Below, piece by piece: positions 57,509 through 64,000 of a stretch of 64,000 nucleotides of DNA. The position numbers and the translations under genes are program-made. Source of the DNA: an uncultured Vicinamibacteraceae bacterium (GTDB lineage: Bacteria; Acidobacteriota; Vicinamibacteria; Vicinamibacterales; UBA8438); contig CAYFFV010000004.1 of the NCBI GenBank assembly GCA_964342695.1, forward strand, positions 33,402 through 97,401, read 5' to 3'. The notes beneath the pieces were generated by a model. That model saw only the letters and a program-made list of their open reading frames with translations. It was not told the DNA's origin and did not search any database. Positions within the stretch are counted from its first letter, which is position 1. Every line of letters starts with the position of its first letter.

Positions 57509-58486
57509 TTATGGAAGTGCTGCAAGGGTAGCCGACGCTTGAGCACCTTCTTCGGAGTTCGGGTCTAAATCCACGACCTTTTGGAAGTGCTGCTTTGCGG
57601 TTTCCATATCTCCCTTGTTCAAGGCAACAAGAGCTAGTTTAAAGACAGGCTTAGCCCAATTTGGATCAACCATGGTAGCTTTTTCGTACCAACCAGCAGC
57701 TGTGTCTACAGCACCTTTTGCAAATTCTAGTTCGCCAAGGTTGTATAGATCTTCTTTAGAAGCATCAAGGCCTGAGGCTGTTGCCTCAAGTTCTGAGGCC
57801 GCGTCTAGGTCACCCATTGCTAATCTGGTGCGGGCAATGTCGGCTTTAACGTTTTCATTGTTCGGTTCTTCAGCGAGTCGACTTTCAAAAGCAGCTAGTG
57901 CTTCCTCATAGTTGCCTGCAGCTCGATGGGCTTGTCCTATGTTTGAGTACAAATTTGTTAACTGGGGAAGTTGTGTCAAGAGGCTCTCATATCCGCTTAT
58001 TGCGCTATCCCAGTCCTGGGCATTAAAAAAAGCGTCGGCAGCTTCAAGGTCACCTTCTATCTGATCTGGATCCAATCCTTCCATGGCCTCTTCTCCAAGA
58101 GCTTGGACGAGAGCGTGGCGAATTTTAGCTAAGGTAAAGTTGGCCGGTGGCGCGGATGACTGTGTAACAGTAATTGAGCCAAAGTCTTCGTTATAACCTT
58201 CGGCGGATGCTGTGACTCTCCACTGACCACTCGCGAAGCCGATAAGAGAAAAACGCCCGTCATCTCCGGTAGTTGTTTCACGGATTGGCGGGTTGGCGTC
58301 TGGTTTTTCTGCGACTATCTTGGCTCCTGCTATTGGTTCGTCATTTTCATCTACGACTCGTCCGCTGACGCGGCCAGCCTGAGAAAACGCAGGAGTTACG
58401 AGACCGAAAAGGAGAAGAAGAACAAAAAGATAACGAAATACGCTATTAAAACGGGACATGGCATTACTCCTCATACGCTCGGGCAT
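57509..58486 (-). CDS. Secreted carboxypeptidase-regulatory-like domain + TPR protein
   Basis: Signal peptide, GRVSGRVVD…PIAGA…TGDDGRF…GQWRVTASAEGY, TPRs; true start may be MSRFN. Confidence 0.85.
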   Translation of the reverse strand: MPERMRSNAMSRFNSVFRYLFVLLLLFGLVTPAFSQAGRVSGRVVDENDEPIAGAKIVAEKPDANPPIRETTTGDDGRFSLIGFASGQWRVTASAEGYNEDFGSITVTQSSAPPANFTLAKIRHALVQALGEEAMEGLDPDQIEGDLEAADAFFNAQDWDSAISGYESLLTQLPQLTNLYSNIGQAHRAAGNYEEALAAFESRLAEEPNNENVKADIARTRLAMGDLDAASELEATASGLDASKEDLYNLGELEFAKGAVDTAAGWYEKATMVDPNWAKPVFKLALVALNKGDMETAKQHFQKVVDLDPNSEEGAQASATLAALP

Positions 58487-58588
58487 TTAATAAGTGTAAA
58501 TTCACACCGAGTTCTGTTTAGACTCCAATCAGTATATCTGATTGATGGCTCTGTCAGTGTTTTTAGTTAAGTCTTTTGAGGTGGATAG

Positions 58589-59212
58589 TCATTTAAGAGA
58601 CTGCATTGCCGTTGCCGCCTCTGCAGCTGCTGCGGTGTGAGAAGGGACGGATTCATATGCTTCCTGTGCTTTGCGGAAGTTCTGTTTTTCAACATAGGCG
58701 TGTCCTATTTCCAGATAAAGTGCAGTTAAGGCCGGCACACGCTCAAGTATTGCCGTGTAGGACTTTATCGCGCCGTCAAAGTCTCCTTCGTCAAACTGTA
58801 AATGAGCCTCGGCTAGGTCTTGTTGAATTTTTGTCGCTTGGATTCCCGCTAATCTCCCGTTTTGAGGAACTGGAGGATTAAAGGGATTAATCGTGAGAGT
58901 AAAGTCGATTTCGGTTCGCCCTGTGCGCCCGAGGTTTACGACCGCCTGTGAAAAGTCATAACCGAGTTTTTCGACTGTAAAGATCCACTGCCCTCTATAC
59001 AATCCAATAACAGCAAATCGACCTGAGGCATCGGTCTGTTCTGTGACAGTCCTTCCCCCTTGAGTACGCACTCCTGTTATTTGTGCGCCTTCAATAGGTG
59101 TATTGTCAGCCGCTTTTATACGACCTGTCACCAAAGCTGACTGTGCGCCCACAGAGCTTGGGACCAAGAAACCTAGAACGACACAAGTAAGGATTAGTGA
59201 GTGTTTAGACAC
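58589..59212 (-). CDS. Secreted carboxypeptidase-regulatory-like domain + TPR protein (paralog of neighbour)
   Basis: Signal peptide, TGRIK…PIEGA…TDASGRF…GQWIF, one TPR pair. Confidence 0.8.
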   Translation of the reverse strand: MSKHSLILTCVVLGFLVPSSVGAQSALVTGRIKAADNTPIEGAQITGVRTQGGRTVTEQTDASGRFAVIGLYRGQWIFTVEKLGYDFSQAVVNLGRTGRTEIDFTLTINPFNPPVPQNGRLAGIQATKIQQDLAEAHLQFDEGDFDGAIKSYTAILERVPALTALYLEIGHAYVEKQNFRKAQEAYESVPSHTAAAAEAATAMQSLK

Positions 59213-59231
59213 TTTCTCTCATTTTAGTATT

Positions 59232-59648
59232 TTAAAGTTGGTACAACATTACGTACACGATTACTCCAGTAACAGACACGTAAAGCCATAGAGGCAGTGT
59301 CCATTTAGCAATAGTCCTGTGCTTGTCGAAACGTTCTCGGAGGCCATGTATAAGCGTGACAATGGCCATCGGAACGATCGCGATGGCTAAAATGATGTGG
59401 CTGATCAGGATTGTGAAATAGATTAGTCTAATCGCGCCTGTTCCAGTAAATGCGACAGAACCGACGTTGAAATGGTAAACAAGATAAGAAACCAGAAATA
59501 AAGTTGATGTTCCAAAGGCAGCGAGCATACACCACCGATGAGCTTGCTCATGGTGTCGGCGAATGAAGATATAACCAGCGACCAGTAAAATTCCAGCCAC
59601 AGAATTTAGTATCGCGTTAACAGTTGGGAGATTTGATAAATCCATCAT
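59232..59648 (-). CDS. DUF420 membrane protein
   Basis: LPTVNAILN, FLVSYL.YH, LISHIILA, WLYVSVTGV. Confidence 0.9.
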   Translation of the reverse strand: MMDLSNLPTVNAILNSVAGILLVAGYIFIRRHHEQAHRWCMLAAFGTSTLFLVSYLVYHFNVGSVAFTGTGAIRLIYFTILISHIILAIAIVPMAIVTLIHGLRERFDKHRTIAKWTLPLWLYVSVTGVIVYVMLYQL

Positions 59649-59649
59649 T

Positions 59650-60441
59650 TCAAATATGTCTAGACTTTATACTTATTGTACTAGCGACTAACATTGCAAT
59701 ACCAAATAGTCCAATAACAGTTAGTGAGCCAATCAAGTCAGTAGATAGCATGGAAGGGTCGTTAATGGTAAGCACTGATCGTATCGCTGAGACCCCATAG
59801 GTCATCGGGTTGAGGAACATGGCCACCTGCACCCAGCCCGATGCTCCTGTTTCAGGGAAAACTGCTCCAGAAAGTAACCACATCGGAAACAGAATTACAT
59901 TCATAACAGCGTGGAATCCTTGCGTCGAATCAAGAGTCCAGGCTAAAACAAATCCAAGACCAGTTAAGGCAAATGCCAAGGCTGTTAAGACTATCCACAT
60001 GATCGGTAAAGTTAGTAAGCTGATTTGAGTATTTGCGACGGGGGCAAGTAATAGGAACAGCGTTGCTTGCATAACCGCTAGCGTTGTTCCCCCAAGTATT
60101 TTTCCAAGAACAATTGTTGAACGCGGAAGTGGTGCTACCAAGACGCCTTGAAGAAATCCTTCATGACGATCTTCAATGACGGAAATTGTCGAGAAAATTG
60201 CTGTAAACAGTACAATTAGTGCGAGTGTTCCCGGATAGAAGTATTCGAGATAACCTCCATCTGGAGTGGCAGACGGTCCAACTTGGAATGAACTTCCTAG
60301 TCCAGAACCAAGAAGTGCCCAGAAAACAATAGGCGTTCCGAGAGCGCCCACAATACGTGATCGTTGTCGACAGAATCTGACGATGTCCCTCTTCCAAAGT
60401 GCTAAAGTTGCGCGAAGCATGGTGGTTCCAATTAAATCCAA
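59650..60441 (-). CDS. ABC-2 type transporter permease
   Basis: YLEYFYPG, IEDRHEGFL, LSGAVFP, NPMTYGV. Confidence 0.9.
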   Translation of the reverse strand: MDLIGTTMLRATLALWKRDIVRFCRQRSRIVGALGTPIVFWALLGSGLGSSFQVGPSATPDGGYLEYFYPGTLALIVLFTAIFSTISVIEDRHEGFLQGVLVAPLPRSTIVLGKILGGTTLAVMQATLFLLLAPVANTQISLLTLPIMWIVLTALAFALTGLGFVLAWTLDSTQGFHAVMNVILFPMWLLSGAVFPETGASGWVQVAMFLNPMTYGVSAIRSVLTINDPSMLSTDLIGSLTVIGLFGIAMLVASTISIKSRHI

Positions 60442-61358
60442 GGTTTCCCAGTATGATGTAAAAATACATCCTCAAGGGTCGGTTTTCCAAAGGTAACAGA
60501 CTCGATCTCCTCGGAAAATTTATCAACTAAATCCGATATAAATGCGTGCGCTTCTGGTCGTTCAATACGGAGACAATTATTTAGTATGGCAACTTCTTGA
60601 TTAAATGCTTTACGGATTGCTTCTGCTAAAAGAGATAGATTTCTAGCATAAATAAGAAGGACTTCACCCCCTATTTCCGCAACCAAATCTTCTGGGGAAC
60701 CTAGTGCAACAATCGTTCCGTGATTCAGAATACAGACGCGGTCAGCCATAGTCGCTTCATCCATTAAATGAGTTGTCAGTATGATGCTCGTTCCTTTTTC
60801 TGAACGAAGCCTACCGATATGGCTCCAGAAATCTCTTCTCGCTCCTGGATCGAGTCCGGTGCTTGGTTCATCTAGGATAAGGACCGGTGGGTTTGGTAAC
60901 CATGCTTTCGCCAACTCAACTCTTCTTTGGAGTCCACCGGAAAGTGTGTGCACACGATCGTCAGATCGATTTCTTAAGTCTACTAAATCGAGAGCTTGGT
61001 CAACACGAGACCCTAAGTCTTTACCCCGTAGCCTGTACAAATGTCCGTGACACAAAAGATTTTCACGAACCGTCAGTTGCTGGTCTAAAGATGGTGACTG
61101 AAACACTACACCAATTAGGCGTCTTATCTCTGAAGATGAAAGTGTCACGTCATTGCCAAAGATGTGCACCTTTTCAGGTATAGTCGGTAATAAGGTTGAA
61201 ATTATCCGGAACAAGGTTGTTTTACCGCTTCCGTTGGGTCCAAGGAGAGCGAATTGTGTCCCTTGTTCGACAGTGAAACTAACGTTTGACAAGGCACGCC
61301 GTTCGCCATAGTTATGGCTTAGACCACTAACGGTGAGAGCATCATTATTTAAAGGCAC
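60432..61358 (-). CDS. ABC transporter ATP-binding protein
   Basis: GPNGSGKT, LSGG, LDEP, TTH. Confidence 0.93.
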   Translation of the reverse strand: MPLNNDALTVSGLSHNYGERRALSNVSFTVEQGTQFALLGPNGSGKTTLFRIISTLLPTIPEKVHIFGNDVTLSSSEIRRLIGVVFQSPSLDQQLTVRENLLCHGHLYRLRGKDLGSRVDQALDLVDLRNRSDDRVHTLSGGLQRRVELAKAWLPNPPVLILDEPSTGLDPGARRDFWSHIGRLRSEKGTSIILTTHLMDEATMADRVCILNHGTIVALGSPEDLVAEIGGEVLLIYARNLSLLAEAIRKAFNQEVAILNNCLRIERPEAHAFISDLVDKFSEEIESVTFGKPTLEDVFLHHTGKPWI

Positions 61359-62241
61359 GTTCCGTAACCAGCAAGATCCATAAACATGGTAAATAAATCA
61401 GTGACATGTGAAATAGTAACCGGGCTCTGGCAGTGGTGCGTTGTAATGCGAAACGAACCGCAGGTACCAAAAATATAACATTGAGTATTGTCGAAAAGAC
61501 CAGATAAATAAATCCTCCCATGTTTATTAAAAGAGGTAGCAGGCTAATGGGAATTAGAACAATAGTCCAGGTAAGTGCATGAGTACCAGTTCTTTTTCCA
61601 GTCGGATCGATTGCTGCTAAGACAGGTAGTTTTGCGCGCACAAAATCTTCTCGGTACACCCATGAAAGTGCATGAAAATGCGGAAGTTGCCAGAAGAAAA
61701 CGATTGCAAATAAGATTAGCGCTTCAAAAGTGATGGTTCCTCTCGCAGCCGTCCAACCAAGTACGGCTGGAAGGCCTCCTGGAAACGCTCCAATTAATGT
61801 TGACCATGGTGTCGTGCGCTTGAGAGGTGTATATAGAAGAATATAACTTGCGACTGTCGTCAGCGCGACCAAACCCGCAATAAAATTGGTGAAATAGAGT
61901 AATTGAGACAGACCAGCGGTAGCCAGTGCTAAACCAAAAACACGTGCATCGGGCACTTCGATACGTCCAGCAGGGATCGGTCTTTTTCGAGTTCTCAACA
62001 TGGTCTCATCTAGGTCGCTCTCGGCTACCTGATTGAGTACCGAGGCTCCTCCAGCTACTAAGGCAGTGCCGATAATAGTGTGCAAAAGTCCACTTGCATC
62101 CATGGGAGCGATTAGTCCTAGATAGTAGCTAATGCCTGTTGTAATCACTACAAGTGAATTAAGTCTTGGTTTTGTTAGAGCTAAAAGGTCAACAAGTTTC
62201 GATTGGCGACCTTCAGGCAAAGCAGTGGCAGCCGCCTTCAT
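61345..62241 (-). CDS. ctaB: Heme O synthase (protoheme IX farnesyltransferase)
   Basis: LTKPR, NQ..E.D.D..M.RT..RP, YTPLKR, WQLPHF. Confidence 0.93.
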   Translation of the reverse strand: MKAAATALPEGRQSKLVDLLALTKPRLNSLVVITTGISYYLGLIAPMDASGLLHTIIGTALVAGGASVLNQVAESDLDETMLRTRKRPIPAGRIEVPDARVFGLALATAGLSQLLYFTNFIAGLVALTTVASYILLYTPLKRTTPWSTLIGAFPGGLPAVLGWTAARGTITFEALILFAIVFFWQLPHFHALSWVYREDFVRAKLPVLAAIDPTGKRTGTHALTWTIVLIPISLLPLLINMGGFIYLVFSTILNVIFLVPAVRFALQRTTARARLLFHMSLIYLPCLWILLVTERAFK

Positions 62242-63239
62242 GAACTAGCTCCGGATGGGTTACTGGATGAGAGTACTAATGGGACCTCCGTAGCGATTAC
62301 ATACTTGTCAGCTCGATCATCAAACATGAAACGGTGTACACGCAGGTAGAGGACAATCGTGCTTACGAATAAAAGGGCACCAGTTGCAACGTGAGCCGTG
62401 TTAAAAGAGACGGCTCTTTCGCTGGTTATGGTCAAGGCTCCCAATGTGAACTGGGTAATCACAACCACAATTAGTAGAAATGCGGGGCGAGCCAATTCTT
62501 TTCTCTGCATATGGTGCTTTAGAATGTGCCCCGCGGTGGCAAGTGTGAGAAAGGTGACCAGAACTGCGCCAACTCGATGGCTGAAATGAATGGCGATAGA
62601 TAAATCCCAGAAGGGCGGAATTATTTTTCCAAACGCCAGAGGGAAATCAGGTATTGCGAGACCAGCTCCGAGGTGACGCATCGTGGCGCCAAGGATAATT
62701 TGTAAATAGATGATACATGGAAGGATGAAAGTTAGTTTCGTAAGAATGTGATCCGAAAAAATTTCATGTTCGTCTGTTTTTTCTCGGTCGTAGCTGCTTA
62801 GCCAGCCTTTAGATGTAAAGGTGGCAAGGCTCACAATAGCTGCAAAAAATATTTGTGCAAGTCCTGCGTGACTGATTGATATTATTGGTGGCAAGAAGTA
62901 CAACACGGTGATTCCACCCAATAATCCCTGAACAATCACGGCGATAAGGGCGAACCATCCTAAACGACGCACCCATTTTCTGCTGTCAATTCTTGAAATC
63001 CAGAAGGCGAGTCCGATTGTCAGGAGGCCGACGATGCTAGCAATAAGCCGATGTCCATGTTCATAGAGAATTCCTCCAACCATTTTTGATAATGGAAATG
63101 AAAACATGAAGTAGCCATAGGTGTTCGGCCAATCCGGAACGGCCAGTCCAGAATCTGTGCTGGTTACGAGTCCCCCGACTGTGATCAGGACAAGTGTGGC
63201 TATTGCGAGTAATCTGTTGTAGTAGTGCAGCCAAGGCAT
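62238..63239 (-). CDS. ctaA: Heme A synthase (COX15/CtaA family)
   Basis: GGLVTSTDSGLAVPDWP, EHGHR, conserved His residues in TMs. Confidence 0.9.
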   Translation of the reverse strand: MPWLHYYNRLLAIATLVLITVGGLVTSTDSGLAVPDWPNTYGYFMFSFPLSKMVGGILYEHGHRLIASIVGLLTIGLAFWISRIDSRKWVRRLGWFALIAVIVQGLLGGITVLYFLPPIISISHAGLAQIFFAAIVSLATFTSKGWLSSYDREKTDEHEIFSDHILTKLTFILPCIIYLQIILGATMRHLGAGLAIPDFPLAFGKIIPPFWDLSIAIHFSHRVGAVLVTFLTLATAGHILKHHMQRKELARPAFLLIVVVITQFTLGALTITSERAVSFNTAHVATGALLFVSTIVLYLRVHRFMFDDRADKYVIATEVPLVLSSSNPSGASS

Positions 63240-63279
63240 TGGTTAGTAATGATTCTATAGTGGCCGCGGTGGGTTAGTA

Positions 63280-63330
63280 AGCAAGGATTGCGAACGAGGA
63301 TCTTCTTGAACCCCGTTCGCTCCAATTGCT
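63280..63330 (-). terminator. Long hairpin between co-oriented genes (terminator or mRNA stabiliser)
   Basis: GCGAACG…CGTTCGC stem flanked by AGCAA…TTGCT. Confidence 0.4.
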
Positions 63331-63347
63331 ACACAAAGTACAGATTG

Positions 63348-64000
63348 TTAGCCGACAGTGAACGTGAAACTAACTTCTGCAGTTGCTCCTTCACCCACCG
63401 TTACATTTTGCGTCTGCGTGCCCAACATTTCGTGCCATGCCTCTAGCACGTAATCACCAGGCGGCAACGCACTGATGTCAAACTTACCGTCTGCCATGGT
63501 CGTTGCGAAAAATGGGTGATCCAGAACGCCCACATGAGCATTCATCCAGCCGTGGACGTCACACTTAAATGGAACCATGACTTCGGCGGTTTCAAATTGC
63601 CGTTCGAACCGCATGCCCTGAATAGGCTGACCGGTGTTGAATTCGTCATTATTTTCAGGGGTGGCATGAATGTTGTGCAAGGTTGGATCGCTGTTAACGA
63701 TTTCCAATGTTTGCCCGACACGTATTCCAAAGACGTGCGGGGTGTATCGGCAACCTTGTTGGTCAAGGGTCAGTGTTTCAGTAGCGGGTGGAAAGGTTCG
63801 TCCTTCTAGACCTTCCTTTACATAAACAAAAACGTTGCCAAGAGTACCTGAGTCACCGACTACGTAGTATTCGGTTTCGGTGTTAGTCGCAGCGGCAACG
63901 CAGTCTGGATCAGAATTCATACGTATTTGCTCAGCAGCTGGGGCAGTTCCTTCCAAGGAAATCATTCCCACAATTGAACCAGCAGATGCAGGATCAACAG
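63348..64000 (-). CDS. Secreted cupredoxin-like/carboxypeptidase-regulatory-like domain protein (5' partial)
   Basis: LDQQGCRYTPHV, NSDPTLHNIH, CDVHGWM; frame stays open to the window edge (VDPASAGSIVG…); typical of loci next to cytochrome oxidase genes. Confidence 0.82.
   Translation of the reverse strand, partial: VDPASAGSIVGMISLEGTAPAAEQIRMNSDPDCVAAATNTETEYYVVGDSGTLGNVFVYVKEGLEGRTFPPATETLTLDQQGCRYTPHVFGIRVGQTLEIVNSDPTLHNIHATPENNDEFNTGQPIQGMRFERQFETAEVMVPFKCDVHGWMNAHVGVLDHPFFATTMADGKFDISALPPGDYVLEAWHEMLGTQTQNVTVGEGATAEVSFTFTVG

Noticed and set aside
425-63809. Numerous 60-190 aa ORFs antisense to or overlapping identified genes (e.g. 3245..3679, 9650..10108, 33331..33906)
   Set aside because: Shadow frames of well-supported CDS, with no motifs or independent start signals
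1-64000. CRISPR array, IS/transposase, prophage, rRNA or tRNA genes
   Set aside because: No repeat-spacer periodicity, no transposase, integrase or phage structural ORFs, and no intergenic gap with RNA-gene signatures seen by eye

Overview
Gene-dense, mostly housekeeping bacterial chromosome segment, moderately AT-rich (low-40s % GC by eye, not computed). Gene content and protein style suggest a streamlined Acidobacteriota (Vicinamibacterales-like) genome; this is an inference. It holds about 63 CDS: asparaginase, an AddAB-like recombination pair, Mrp/ApbC, pcm, infA, an acyl-CoA ligase-ACP-acyltransferase fusion, CCA-adding enzyme, a TatT-type TRAP (TPAT) transporter, a PlsB-like acyltransferase, thiO, a mycobacterial Sdh1-type succinate dehydrogenase, queF, HU, an E2 acyltransferase with lipB, ygfZ, mutY, pduO, thiI, def, thyX, a beta-oxidation operon and a heme A/O assembly cluster. 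I found no rRNA, tRNA, CRISPR array, transposase or prophage. The most notable signals are: (1) an 11-bp-phased, bipartite inverted array of DnaA-box-like 9-mers at 1669-1769 with no dnaA in the window; (2) an AddA lacking its nuclease domain, in a gene block that starts with a secreted unknown protein and is bracketed by two small proteins sharing a HicB-like motif; (3) a BRCT-MerR HTH-QLxLDF-TPR fusion; (4) two intact pseudo-enzymes; (5) recurrent leaderless and bidirectional -10 promoters; (6) a decaying methyltransferase pseudogene.
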